DNA of 64,000 nucleotides, from the IMG/VR virus record IMGVR_UViG_3300020185_004014, positions 2,620 to 66,619 of that record; one strand, 5' to 3'. The notes beneath the pieces are model-generated. The model had not been told where the DNA came from. It did not search any database and saw only the letters and a list, made by a program, of their open reading frames with translations. Both the position numbers and the translations under genes were made by a program. This document shows, piece by piece, positions 19,338 through 28,805 of the stretch. The stretch is from a virus. Each line of letters starts with the position of its first letter. Within the stretch, counting starts at the first letter, position 1.

Positions 19338-20374
19338 TGAATAAGAAGGATTATTTGGAGATGCTCAATAACATTGAGCAAGGGGAACCTACTGCCAAAC
19401 CAGGACAACATGAGAGAGTGGTGTTTATTGATGGGTTAAATTTATTTTTGCGTAATTTTGCTATGCTTAAATTTGTTAACCATACTGGAACACATATAGG
19501 GGGGTTGTCTGGGTTTTTACGTTCGTTGGGAGCCCTTATCAACCAAATTCAACCTACTTCTATATATATAGTATTCGATGGAGTGGGTGCCTCCACTAAT
19601 AGGAGGTACCTACTCCCCGAATATAAGTCGGGTAGAAATTTGAGTAGAATTACTAATTGGGATATTTTTGATAGCATTGATGATGAAAATGACTCCAAAG
19701 TGGATCAAATTACACGACTGATCCAATACTTAAAATGCTTACCAGTTAAAGTAGTTTCTATAAATAAAGTAGAAGCGGATGACATTATAGCTTACATGTC
19801 AAAAGATATGGCTAAACGCTTTAATACTAAGTCATATATTGTTTCTAGTGATAGAGATTTTCTCCAATTGGTAGATGATAATGTAACAGTTTACCGTCCT
19901 ATAGAACGAGAATTTTATAGTCCTGTTACTGTACAAGAAAAATTTGGTATTGTCCCTGAAAATTTTATACATTATAAGGTATTATTAGGAGATGCTTCTG
20001 ATAAAGTACCTGGTGTTAAAGGTTTAGGTAAAAAAGGTGTATTGAAACGTTTCCCTGAATTGGCTGACGGACCTATGCCCTTTGATAGGTTGTTTGATTT
20101 AAGCGAAAAACGTCTTAAAGAGAGTGTAGTTTATGCTAGGGTGATTCAAAACTGGGATCAATTACTTAATACTAAAAAAATCATGGACTTAGAAATTCCA
20201 ATGGTATCTGATGAAGAAAAAGAATTTTTATCACAGTTTCCCGAGGAACCTTTAAATGAACTTCGTATACTTGAGTTTATGAGTTTATACAACGAAGATG
20301 GTATGACCCATATTATTAAAAACACCGAGTTTTGGTTAAAAGATACATTTACAAGATTAGTTTATGACGCTTAA
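19337..20374 (+). CDS. 5'-3' exonuclease / flap endonuclease (T4 RNase H, Pol I N-terminal family)
   Basis: IDGLN, VFDG, YKSGR, EADD, SSDRDFLQL, GDASDKVPGVKGLG. Confidence 0.9.
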   Translation: MNKKDYLEMLNNIEQGEPTAKPGQHERVVFIDGLNLFLRNFAMLKFVNHTGTHIGGLSGFLRSLGALINQIQPTSIYIVFDGVGASTNRRYLLPEYKSGRNLSRITNWDIFDSIDDENDSKVDQITRLIQYLKCLPVKVVSINKVEADDIIAYMSKDMAKRFNTKSYIVSSDRDFLQLVDDNVTVYRPIEREFYSPVTVQEKFGIVPENFIHYKVLLGDASDKVPGVKGLGKKGVLKRFPELADGPMPFDRLFDLSEKRLKESVVYARVIQNWDQLLNTKKIMDLEIPMVSDEEKEFLSQFPEEPLNELRILEFMSLYNEDGMTHIIKNTEFWLKDTFTRLVYDA

Positions 20375-21725
20375 TAGTCTCTCCACATATGGTACTGCCT
20401 TTCAAGTAAAGGTTTTATCCTCCTTACTCACACATAAGGAATTCCTTCAAAATATACATGATGTATTAACTGAGGAATATTTTGATAATACTGCCCATAA
20501 ATGGATTATAGGGCAAATATTAGATTATTATGAACAATACCATACAACACCAACAATGGAGGTGTTGAAGGTAGAAATGAAAAAAGTTGAAAATGAAGTA
20601 TTGCAACTATCTATTAAAGAACAACTTAGAGAGGCATACCAGTCTTCAAACGAAGATTTAGAATATGTTGAAAACGAATTTTCATCTTTTTGTAAAAACC
20701 AACAACTTAAAAAAGCTCTCCTTAATTCCGTTGACCTTCTTAATTCTGGTGATTTTGAGTCTATTAGGAACCTTATTGATAGTGCTTTAAAAGCAGGTGC
20801 TACTAAAAACATAGGACATGAATATATTAAAGATACTGAAGCACGTTATAGGGAAGATGCAAGAGCAGTTGTACCAACCCCTTGGGATAAATTTAATGAC
20901 CTTATGCAGGGGGGTCTGGGTAATGGAGACTTTGGTCTTATTTTTGGCAATCCTGGGGGAGGTAAGTCGTGGACTTTGGTTGCAATGGGGGGCCACGCCG
21001 TTAAACTAGGTTTTAATGTAGTTCACTATACGTTAGAATTAGGCGAAGATTATGTAGGACGACGCTATGATGCCTTCTTCACAAATAAGCCAGTAGATAC
21101 ACTATTTAAAAATAGGGATAAAGTAGATGACGTAGTAAAAGAACTACCAGGTCAGCTTATTATTAAGGAATATGCCCCTGGTCAAGCTACTATAAATACT
21201 ATACGTGCTCATATCCAAAAATGTGAGGATTTGGATTTTAAACCTGACTTGGTAATCATTGATTACGTAGACCTTCTCTCATCAAAAAAGCGAACCCAGG
21301 ATCGTAAGGGAGAAATTGACGATATTTATGTTAGCACTAAAGGTCTTGCTAAGGAACTACAGTTACCTGTTTGGTCTGTTTCCCAAGTAAATAGAGCTGG
21401 AGCAAAGGATGATGTAATCGAGGGCGATAAAGCTGCTGGGAGTTATGATAAAATCATGATTACTGATATAGCAATATCACTCTCACGAAAACGAGAAGAT
21501 AAAGTAAATGGCACAGGTAGATTCCACATTATGAAAAATAGATACGGCATGGATGGAATGACCTACTCGGTAGTTGCTGATACTTCAACTGGACACTTTG
21601 AGGTTACAGACCATCATTTTGATGATAGTGATAGCCCCCAACCAGTCCAAAGACTAGAAGGGACAAGTATGAATACTCTGGATCGAGACCAATTAGCGCA
21701 ACAATTTTTCCAACTTAATTCTTAA
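20364..21725 (+). CDS. dnaB: replicative DnaB-like helicase
   Basis: GNPGGGKS, TLEL, IIDYVD, SQVNR, KNRYG. Confidence 0.9.
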   Translation: MTLNSLSTYGTAFQVKVLSSLLTHKEFLQNIHDVLTEEYFDNTAHKWIIGQILDYYEQYHTTPTMEVLKVEMKKVENEVLQLSIKEQLREAYQSSNEDLEYVENEFSSFCKNQQLKKALLNSVDLLNSGDFESIRNLIDSALKAGATKNIGHEYIKDTEARYREDARAVVPTPWDKFNDLMQGGLGNGDFGLIFGNPGGGKSWTLVAMGGHAVKLGFNVVHYTLELGEDYVGRRYDAFFTNKPVDTLFKNRDKVDDVVKELPGQLIIKEYAPGQATINTIRAHIQKCEDLDFKPDLVIIDYVDLLSSKKRTQDRKGEIDDIYVSTKGLAKELQLPVWSVSQVNRAGAKDDVIEGDKAAGSYDKIMITDIAISLSRKREDKVNGTGRFHIMKNRYGMDGMTYSVVADTSTGHFEVTDHHFDDSDSPQPVQRLEGTSMNTLDRDQLAQQFFQLNS

Positions 21726-21737
21726 TAACCAAACCAA

Positions 21738-22718
21738 ATGACAAGTAAATTACTTACTGAAAGGATTGTATATAAACCTTTCGAATACCCAGAGGCAGCA
21801 GATTACTGGCTTAAACAACAGCAAGCCCATTGGATTCATACTGAAGTCCCAATGATGAGTGATATTAATGATTGGAAACAAAATTTAAACGAAACTGAAA
21901 AGAATATAATTGGGTCTATCCTTAAGGGATTTGCCCAAACCGAAACAGTAGTAAATGACTACTGGACGGGTCTGGTAACTAAATGGTTTAGGAAACCAGA
22001 AATCATAGCAATGGCGACCACCTTTGGGGCTATGGAAACAATACACGCCGAAGCATATTCACTATTAAATGAAGAACTTGGACTTGATGACTTCTCGGAA
22101 TTCCTTGAAGATGAAACTACGATGGCTAAAATTGAAAACCTTATGTCTGTTAGGGATAGTTTTGGTGATGAAAAAGATTGGCATGAAATTGCTAAGTCAC
22201 TCGCTATCTTTTCCGCATTTACCGAGGGAGTTAACTTATTTAGTTCCTTCGCCATACTCTTATCTTTTAAAATGCGAAACAAGCTTAAGGGAGTGGGTCA
22301 AATTGTTGAATGGAGCATTAGAGACGAATCAATGCACTCCGAAGCGGGATGCTGGTTATTTAGAACACTTATCGAGGAAAACCCTGAGCTCAAGACTCCG
22401 GAACTCCAAACCGCAATAACTGAAGCTGCCCTTCTTTCCTTACAACTTGAACTTGATTTTATTGAAAAAGTATATGAAATGGGAGATTTAGAAGGATGTA
22501 ATAAAGAAGATTTAATCTCATTTATTAAGCATAGAGTTAATACTAAAATGGGTGATCTCGGTTACGAAGGTGTAGTTAATGGGATTGATCCAAATGCACT
22601 TAAAAGAATGAAATGGTTCGATAGCTTATCAGCAGGAAAACAACACACAGACTTCTTTGCAAGTCGAGTAACTAACTATTCTAAGGGCAACATGTCCTGG
22701 GATGAATCAATATTTTAA
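21738..22718 (+). CDS. nrdB: class I ribonucleotide reductase beta subunit
   Basis: ETIHAEAY, EGVNLFSSF, RDESMH, TDFF...NYSK. Confidence 0.93.
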   Translation: MTSKLLTERIVYKPFEYPEAADYWLKQQQAHWIHTEVPMMSDINDWKQNLNETEKNIIGSILKGFAQTETVVNDYWTGLVTKWFRKPEIIAMATTFGAMETIHAEAYSLLNEELGLDDFSEFLEDETTMAKIENLMSVRDSFGDEKDWHEIAKSLAIFSAFTEGVNLFSSFAILLSFKMRNKLKGVGQIVEWSIRDESMHSEAGCWLFRTLIEENPELKTPELQTAITEAALLSLQLELDFIEKVYEMGDLEGCNKEDLISFIKHRVNTKMGDLGYEGVVNGIDPNALKRMKWFDSLSAGKQHTDFFASRVTNYSKGNMSWDESIF

Positions 22719-22721
22719 ATT

Positions 22722-24431
22722 ATGGACGGAAATTTAGTAGCAGATACAACCCAATGGGTTAAGGGTAAAGATTACCCTGAATGGATGGATGAAGTTGGTG
22801 TAGCAACCATCTCTAAGGGATACTTATTACCAGATGAAACACCCCGAAAAGCATACCGGAGAGTTGCAAAGGCAATCGCGGAAAGAATACATCGCCCTGA
22901 ACTTGAAAGTAAGTTTTATAAATACATTTGGAACGGTTGGATTGGGCTTGCTAGCCCTGTACTCTCAAACACCGGTACAGATCGTGGCTTACCCATTTCT
23001 TGTTTTGGGATTGATACACCTGATTCTGTCCGTGGGATTGGTCTTACAAATGCGGAACTTATGAAATTAACCGCCCTTGGCGGGGGTGTAGGCATTTCAA
23101 CTAGTAGAATACGCCCAAGAGGAACTACAATTACGGGTAATGGTAAATCCGAAGGAGTAGTACCATGGTGTAAAATCTATGATTCTGCCATTATAGCCAC
23201 AAACCAAGGTTCAGTCCGTAGAGGGGCTGCTTCCGTAAACTTAGATATTAACCACCCTGATATCAAAGAATTTATGCAAATTCGAAGACCAAAGGGTGAC
23301 CCAAATAGACAATGTCTTAATCTCCACCAGTGTGTAGTAGTAGATGATTCGTTTATGAGACGTCTCCAAGATAGGGATTCGGAAGCTATGTCACTATGGC
23401 TTGATATATTGAAGACAAGAGTAGAGACAGGGGAACCGTACATTATGTTTAAGGACAACGTTAACAAAAATAATCCATTGGCATATGCCATGAATAATTT
23501 AGATGTTAGCATGACCAACATCTGTACTGAAATTACCCTTCATACTGATGAAGAGCATAGTTTTATCTGCTGCCTCAGTTCTCTTAATCTTGCAAAATAT
23601 GATGAATGGAAAGATACAGATGTAGTAGAAACATCTATCCGTTTCTTAGATGGTGTAATGCAAGAGTTTATTGACAAATCTAATGGTAAAGATTCTCTTA
23701 TTAGAACTCATAGACATGCTTTAAAAGGTAGAGCATTAGGTCTGGGAGTAATGGGTTGGCACTCACTTCTCCAAAAGAAAAACCTACCATTTAATTCTAT
23801 AGCTTCAACAGCATGGACCCACACCATTTTTAGTGATATTAGAAGTAAAGCTGAAGCAACTTCTAGAGAATTAGCCCAAGAATATGGAGAACCAGTATGG
23901 TGCAGAGGAACAGGCATGAGAAATACTCATCTACTAGCCATTGCCCCCACTGTATCTAATTCACGACTAAATAGCTGCTCAGCGGGTATTGAACCCATTC
24001 CTGCTAATATTTACACTTTTAATGGTGCTAAAGGAACTTTTATTGTAAAAAATAAAGAGCTAGAATGCTTATTAGAGGGTAAGGGATATAACACTGAAAA
24101 AGTTTGGGACCAAATACTAGCAGATAATGGCTCGGTTCAAAATCTTTCGGATAATATATTAACCCCTGATGAGAAGGAGATATATTTAACTTTTAGTGAG
24201 GTAAATCAACTTGAATTAGTTAGACAAGCTGCTATTAGGCAAAAATATATTGATCAAACCCAATCCTTAAATCTTTCATTTGACCCTACAGACTCCCCAA
24301 AATGGATTAACCAATGTCATATGGAAGCTCATAGATTGGGAATTAAAACGCTCTATTATTTACGTACAGACAGCGTTATAAAAGGCGATTTGGGCAGTAG
24401 AACAGCAGAATGCGTTTCTTGTGACGGTTGA
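22722..24431 (+). CDS. nrdA: class I ribonucleotide reductase alpha subunit (no ATP cone)
   Basis: SPVLSN, PISCF, NICTEI, AIAPT, IDQTQSLN, KTLYY, C-terminal CVSC. Confidence 0.93.
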   Translation: MDGNLVADTTQWVKGKDYPEWMDEVGVATISKGYLLPDETPRKAYRRVAKAIAERIHRPELESKFYKYIWNGWIGLASPVLSNTGTDRGLPISCFGIDTPDSVRGIGLTNAELMKLTALGGGVGISTSRIRPRGTTITGNGKSEGVVPWCKIYDSAIIATNQGSVRRGAASVNLDINHPDIKEFMQIRRPKGDPNRQCLNLHQCVVVDDSFMRRLQDRDSEAMSLWLDILKTRVETGEPYIMFKDNVNKNNPLAYAMNNLDVSMTNICTEITLHTDEEHSFICCLSSLNLAKYDEWKDTDVVETSIRFLDGVMQEFIDKSNGKDSLIRTHRHALKGRALGLGVMGWHSLLQKKNLPFNSIASTAWTHTIFSDIRSKAEATSRELAQEYGEPVWCRGTGMRNTHLLAIAPTVSNSRLNSCSAGIEPIPANIYTFNGAKGTFIVKNKELECLLEGKGYNTEKVWDQILADNGSVQNLSDNILTPDEKEIYLTFSEVNQLELVRQAAIRQKYIDQTQSLNLSFDPTDSPKWINQCHMEAHRLGIKTLYYLRTDSVIKGDLGSRTAECVSCDG

Positions 24432-24440
24432 CATATGTAT
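24432..24440 (+). promoter_or_regulatory. CATATGTAT variant of candidate late promoter
   Basis: Immediately after the nrdA stop, upstream of the holin-like gene. Confidence 0.3.
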
Positions 24441-24464
24441 ACCCGAATTTCAAAACAAATTATT

Positions 24465-24641
24465 ATGAAAGAAAAAACATTAGGAATTATTAGACACGCT
24501 TTAACCTTTGTAGGTGGTGTCTTAGTAACACAAGGTGTCCTTGATGATGCCATGTTTATGGAATTATTTGGTGCAGTAATGACACTCGTTGGTGGTGTTT
24601 GGTCTGTAGTAGATAAAGTTAAGCCTGAAGCAGAAGCTTAA
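24465..24641 (+). CDS. putative holin (two transmembrane segments)
   Basis: MKEKTLGIIRHALTFVGGVLV...GGVWSVVDK; ATG 24465 preferred. Confidence 0.65.
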   Translation: MKEKTLGIIRHALTFVGGVLVTQGVLDDAMFMELFGAVMTLVGGVWSVVDKVKPEAEA

Positions 24642-24661
24642 GAAGTAAACAATTAACTTGT

Positions 24662-24704
24662 GAGGGTCTAATCAGTTATAAAATACTGGTTAGACCCTCT
24701 TTTT
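24662..24704 (+). terminator. intrinsic terminator
   Basis: GAGGGTCTAATCAGT-loop-ACTGGTTAGACCCTC followed by TTTTT. Confidence 0.85.
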
Positions 24705-24716
24705 ATCTAAAAATAA

Positions 24717-24983
24717 ATGAAGTCACCTATAACATTTGAACAGTTTACCAAAAATCCAGTTGCAGCAATAGCATTCGCAGCGCTAGCAGTAATAGGGTAT
24801 TTGTATGTGGACATGATGGATATTCATGAATCCCAACTCGAAAATTTAGAATCTTCTTGTGTGCAGAGAATCGAGGATCATAAGGAAAGGATTGAATCCT
24901 TAGAAGAGACCATTCTTAGATATGAAGATAAACTAGAAGCCATTAACGAAAAGTTACTAGAATGTTTAGATACAAACAACTAA
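24717..24983 (+). CDS. membrane-anchored coiled-coil protein (inner spanin-like)
   Basis: N-terminal TM, heptad-rich C-terminus with Cys. Confidence 0.5.
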   Translation: MKSPITFEQFTKNPVAAIAFAALAVIGYLYVDMMDIHESQLENLESSCVQRIEDHKERIESLEETILRYEDKLEAINEKLLECLDTNN

Positions 24984-25504
24984 TATTTGTAGTATTATTA
25001 ACCGGTTGTACTACACAAGCGGGAGAAACTACACACCAACCTTTAGAACTCCCTATAGAATCTACCAAATTCCATCCTAATGATGATTTGTTAGCAACAG
25101 TAGAAGCTACTCTAGATGTAGCTGATGAAGCTATTGAAGGAATTCTTGAGGAAAAAATAAAAACCAAAAACAAAATTTCTACACTCCAGAATACTGTGGA
25201 CTATGAAGAATCTTTACTTGAAAATTTAGAGGGTTCTTTAGGAGCCAAAGATAGTTTACTTCTTGCCTATCAATCAACAAATCAAGTTCTTGGAGAAAAA
25301 GTTCAAGAAATAGAAAATAACCTAAATCATGCATTACATAGATGTAGTAATGAATGTTACCCTACAATCATAAAATTGAATCAAGAAAATCAAGATTTGT
25401 TATATAGCATTGATTCTTTACAAACTTGGGTTTTTTATTTGGATTCATTAATTTCCACCAATAGGAGGTTAAGCAAAAAACTCACCCCACATGAAATTAG
25501 ATGA
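24962..25504 (+). CDS. coiled-coil lipoprotein (outer spanin-like)
   Basis: Lipobox LLTGC after a short hydrophobic stretch; overlaps the upstream gene. Confidence 0.5.
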   Translation: MFRYKQLIFVVLLTGCTTQAGETTHQPLELPIESTKFHPNDDLLATVEATLDVADEAIEGILEEKIKTKNKISTLQNTVDYEESLLENLEGSLGAKDSLLLAYQSTNQVLGEKVQEIENNLNHALHRCSNECYPTIIKLNQENQDLLYSIDSLQTWVFYLDSLISTNRRLSKKLTPHEIR

Positions 25505-25799
25505 TGATACAAGTTTTGGAATTAATATTAAATGGTTAATTCAAATTGTAGTAGGTGTTGGAGGAGCAGTTTGGGGTTATTTTACTATAATGGCTGCCAT
25601 TTCCCATCTCGAAATTGAAACAATGAGACACAACCAGGAAATAGAGCTTAATTCTGAATTTAGGATTAAATGGCCTAGAGGAGAAATGGGGTCTTTACCT
25701 GATGATGCAGAACAAAATTTAAGACTTAATCATTTAGAAAGAGATTTAGAATATCTTGAAGTATTAGTTGATGAGTTAAGACAAAAAAATTGTAATTAA
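25491..25799 (+). CDS. membrane protein with coiled coil
   Basis: TM segment WLIQIVVGVGGAVWGY, C-terminal heptads. Confidence 0.6.
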   Translation: MKLDDDTSFGINIKWLIQIVVGVGGAVWGYFTIMAAISHLEIETMRHNQEIELNSEFRIKWPRGEMGSLPDDAEQNLRLNHLERDLEYLEVLVDELRQKNCN

Positions 25800-25800
25800 A

Positions 25801-26166
25801 ATGGTTTTATATTATTATAATGCTAAACTCGATAGAGTTGTAGACGGTGATACCATAGATGCTATGGTTGACTTAGGTTTCACTACTTGGAAACATGTAC
25901 GGATTCGCCTAAACGGAATAGATGCTTATGAATCTCGAACTAGAGACCTAGTAGAAAAAGCAAAAGGTTTAAAAGCTAAAGCACGAGTAGAAGAACTTTT
26001 AGCTCTTACAGAAGGTAAGTTTTTTTTATTCTCTAAAGGTGTAGACAAATACGGTAGATGCTTAGGTGATGTTAGAATAGAACCTAATATCCATAACCAT
26101 ATTAATTTAAGTGAAAGGTTATTAGCTGAAAATCTAGCAGTGCCCTATTACGGAGGTAAAAGATAA
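25801..26166 (+). CDS. thermonuclease (SNase-like)
   Basis: RVVDGDT, RIRLNGIDAYE, DKYGRCLG. Confidence 0.9.
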   Translation: MVLYYYNAKLDRVVDGDTIDAMVDLGFTTWKHVRIRLNGIDAYESRTRDLVEKAKGLKAKARVEELLALTEGKFFLFSKGVDKYGRCLGDVRIEPNIHNHINLSERLLAENLAVPYYGGKR

Positions 26167-26167
26167 G

Positions 26168-26199
26168 TTTGGGAACTTAAATTTTATTTCGTATATTCA
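26168..26199 (+). promoter_or_regulatory. sigma70-type promoter, likely leaderless
   Basis: TTTG-N20-TATATTCA ending 4 nt before ATG 26204. Confidence 0.65.
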
Positions 26200-26203
26200 C
26201 CTC

Positions 26204-26704
26204 ATGCACACGATTGAGGATATTGAAAAACAGTTATCTCAACTTCAAAAGTTGAATTACAATCAATTTTTTTGGTGGCGCCGTTGGGGTCGAAAATCCC
26301 AACCACTTCACAATTATTCTCCCCTGATTGAAAAAATCCGCAATGGGGATTATGATCCAAGCCCATATCTTTTTCAAATTTATTATTGTAATTGGGAAAT
26401 TGAACAAAAGTACAAACAGTTTGAAGGCGATAGTCGTGCTCAAGCTTCCGAAACTCGTGTTGATAAAGAACGCCGTCGACGTCTTACTGCTGACCACGAA
26501 AAATATGAAAAAGAAAATCTTGCCCAATTGCAAAAAGATTTTCTTACGGTTTTTCGTATGACCAAAACAGATTACAAAAGAGATTCAATTGAGGTTGGAG
26601 GCACGCCTGAGGAATTTTATAATTATTGTGATGACACTTACGGCCGATTCAATCGTCCCTCAAATATACCCCGTAGAGGTCGACCACCAAAAATTAAACA
26701 ATGA
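26204..26704 (+). CDS. hypothetical protein with C-terminal AT-hook
   Basis: C-terminal PRRGRPPK. Confidence 0.7.
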   Translation: MHTIEDIEKQLSQLQKLNYNQFFWWRRWGRKSQPLHNYSPLIEKIRNGDYDPSPYLFQIYYCNWEIEQKYKQFEGDSRAQASETRVDKERRRRLTADHEKYEKENLAQLQKDFLTVFRMTKTDYKRDSIEVGGTPEEFYNYCDDTYGRFNRPSNIPRRGRPPKIKQ

Positions 26705-27519
26705 GTATACAAGCAACAGTAAAAGGAGTAAAAGTTTCACATGAAACCCCCTTTGCATACCTCCAATCAAGTTTGGAGTATAATGATTATGATTATCTCC
26801 TTCCTCACCTATATGATGAATACAAGGAATATAAAGAATTCTTCCAAAGAGATAATCATAGGGGAAGACGTTATATTATAATGGATAATTCCCTTCATGA
26901 ATTGGGGGTGCCTTATTCAAAGGGTAGAATGATTTCTATTATTGAAGAAATTAAACCCGATGAATTCATAGTGCCAGATGCTTGGGAAGATGCTACTTTG
27001 TCTATGAGACAAGCTAAAGAGTGGAGTTTTATTGAGTTACCTAAAGGAGTAACTAAAGTTGCGGTAGTTCAAGGTAAATCGTTTGATGACGTAGTAAAGT
27101 GTTATCAAACGTATAAATGGCTGGGTTATACGAAGATTGCATTCTCATATGGGGCTAGCTATTATAACGATATATTCCCACACCCCAATAAGGATGTAGG
27201 TAAAGCTTTAGGCAGGCAATTAGTTATTAGCAAAATGATTAATATGGGTCTTATAGGAAAAACCGATAGAATCCACCTTTTAGGTTGTTCTCTTCCACAG
27301 GAATTCTTATATTATAAAGATATAAAACAAATAGAAACTATAGATACATCCAACCCAGTAATGGCGGCCTTTGATGGTACCTTATATAAGGGTTGGGGGT
27401 TAAACTCCAAACCCAAAACTAAAATTGATGAAGTAATCAACTCAGAATGGGATGAAAGTATCTATGAAGGAATAAAACATAACACTACATATTTTAAATT
27501 AATTAATAATATAACATGA
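26701..27519 (+). CDS. TGT/DpdA-like guanine transglycosylase-fold protein
   Basis: IIMDNS, VAVVQG, IHLLGC, IDTSNP match the order of TGT/DpdA motifs (DSG, IVQG, HLLG, DS); overlaps queC. Confidence 0.6.
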   Translation: MSIQATVKGVKVSHETPFAYLQSSLEYNDYDYLLPHLYDEYKEYKEFFQRDNHRGRRYIIMDNSLHELGVPYSKGRMISIIEEIKPDEFIVPDAWEDATLSMRQAKEWSFIELPKGVTKVAVVQGKSFDDVVKCYQTYKWLGYTKIAFSYGASYYNDIFPHPNKDVGKALGRQLVISKMINMGLIGKTDRIHLLGCSLPQEFLYYKDIKQIETIDTSNPVMAAFDGTLYKGWGLNSKPKTKIDEVINSEWDESIYEGIKHNTTYFKLINNIT

Positions 27520-28313
27520 AAAAACAAGCAGTACTATCATTAAGTGGAGGTATGGATAGCTCCACTGTGTTACTTAGGTTATTGGCGGATGGCTATGAAG
27601 TAACAGCACTATCCTTTGACTATGGGCAGAAACACAGAGTAGAACTTGAACGAGCCCAAGCACTAGTAGATTATCTTAACGATAATGGTCAAAATGTAAA
27701 ATATGGAACTATTAAGCTTGATGGTTTGGCTCCTATGCTCAACAGTGCCCTTGTAGAAGGTGGTGATGAAGTACCTGAAGGTCACTATGAGCAAGAAAAC
27801 ATGAAAGAAACAGTTGTTCCTAACCGCAACAAAATATTTTCTTCAATTATTCAAGCAGTAGCATTATCAATAGCAAATGAAAAAAATACAGAGGTCCATA
27901 TTGCGATGGGTATTCATGCAGGTGATCACGCAATTTACCCTGATTGCAGACAAGAATTCAGGGACGCTGACTATACAGCCTTCACCGAAGGCAATTGGGA
28001 CGCTGAGCGCGTTAGCTATGTTACCCCTTATCTTAATGGGGACAAGTATGATATCTTGGTCGACGGGGCCAAGTGCTGCAACGAATTGGGGTTACAATTT
28101 GGAAGCGTTTATAAGAACACAAATACTAGTTACAAGCCCATTAATATTGATGGTACTTGGTACAGCGATTATAAATCTGCTTCATCGGTGGAAAGGGTTG
28201 AAGCTTTTCTCAAATTGGGAAAACCAGATCCGGTATCATATGCTGATGAATCAGGACCTGTTACCTGGGACGTTGTACAGAAGCATGTTAAAAACATTTT
28301 AGCTGAAGCCTAA
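27516..28313 (+). CDS. queC: 7-cyano-7-deazaguanine synthase
   Basis: SGGMDS, FDYGQKH, VPNRN, YPDCR. Confidence 0.93.
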   Translation: MKKQAVLSLSGGMDSSTVLLRLLADGYEVTALSFDYGQKHRVELERAQALVDYLNDNGQNVKYGTIKLDGLAPMLNSALVEGGDEVPEGHYEQENMKETVVPNRNKIFSSIIQAVALSIANEKNTEVHIAMGIHAGDHAIYPDCRQEFRDADYTAFTEGNWDAERVSYVTPYLNGDKYDILVDGAKCCNELGLQFGSVYKNTNTSYKPINIDGTWYSDYKSASSVERVEAFLKLGKPDPVSYADESGPVTWDVVQKHVKNILAEA

Positions 28314-28771
28314 TGTTTATATCAACTAAAGTATTTGACGGATTTAGCTGTGTGTTCCGTCAAGCTAAAGCAGAAGGTACACATTGTAGATTTCTCCATG
28401 GATATGGAATCAGCTTTAAAGTATGGTTTGAAGGTGAACCCGATGAACGTAATTGGGTTTGGGATTTCGGGGGTATGAAACGTGCTAAAACCGAAATTGA
28501 TGGTATGAGTGCTAAAATGTGGATGGATCATATGTTCGATCACACTATGCTTGTAGCAACTGATGACCCTTTCCTTGAATCATTTAGAAGGATGGATGAA
28601 GCAGGTGTAATCCAACTTAGAGAAATACCAGCAACAGGTGCAGAAAAATTTGCTGAGTATATTTATGGTAAGCTTAACCCATTCGTTCAGGAAGAAACCA
28701 ATGGTAGAGTTAGAGTTAAACAAGTAGAATTTAGAGAACATGGAAAAAACACAGCAATTTATGCTGAATAA
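28313..28771 (+). CDS. queD: 6-carboxytetrahydropterin synthase
   Basis: HCRFLHGY, DFGG, FDH, REHGKNTA. Confidence 0.88.
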   Translation: MFISTKVFDGFSCVFRQAKAEGTHCRFLHGYGISFKVWFEGEPDERNWVWDFGGMKRAKTEIDGMSAKMWMDHMFDHTMLVATDDPFLESFRRMDEAGVIQLREIPATGAEKFAEYIYGKLNPFVQEETNGRVRVKQVEFREHGKNTAIYAE

Positions 28772-28805
28772 ATAAAAGTTAATAATCAAAATCAAAATCA
28801 AAATT

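Noticed and set aside
28784-28805. (AATCAA)x3 before the fasciclin gene, and similar CAAAA runs near 36520 and 47061
   Set aside because: Consistent with ordinary A-rich Bacteroidota translation initiation regions; too short to argue for phase variation.
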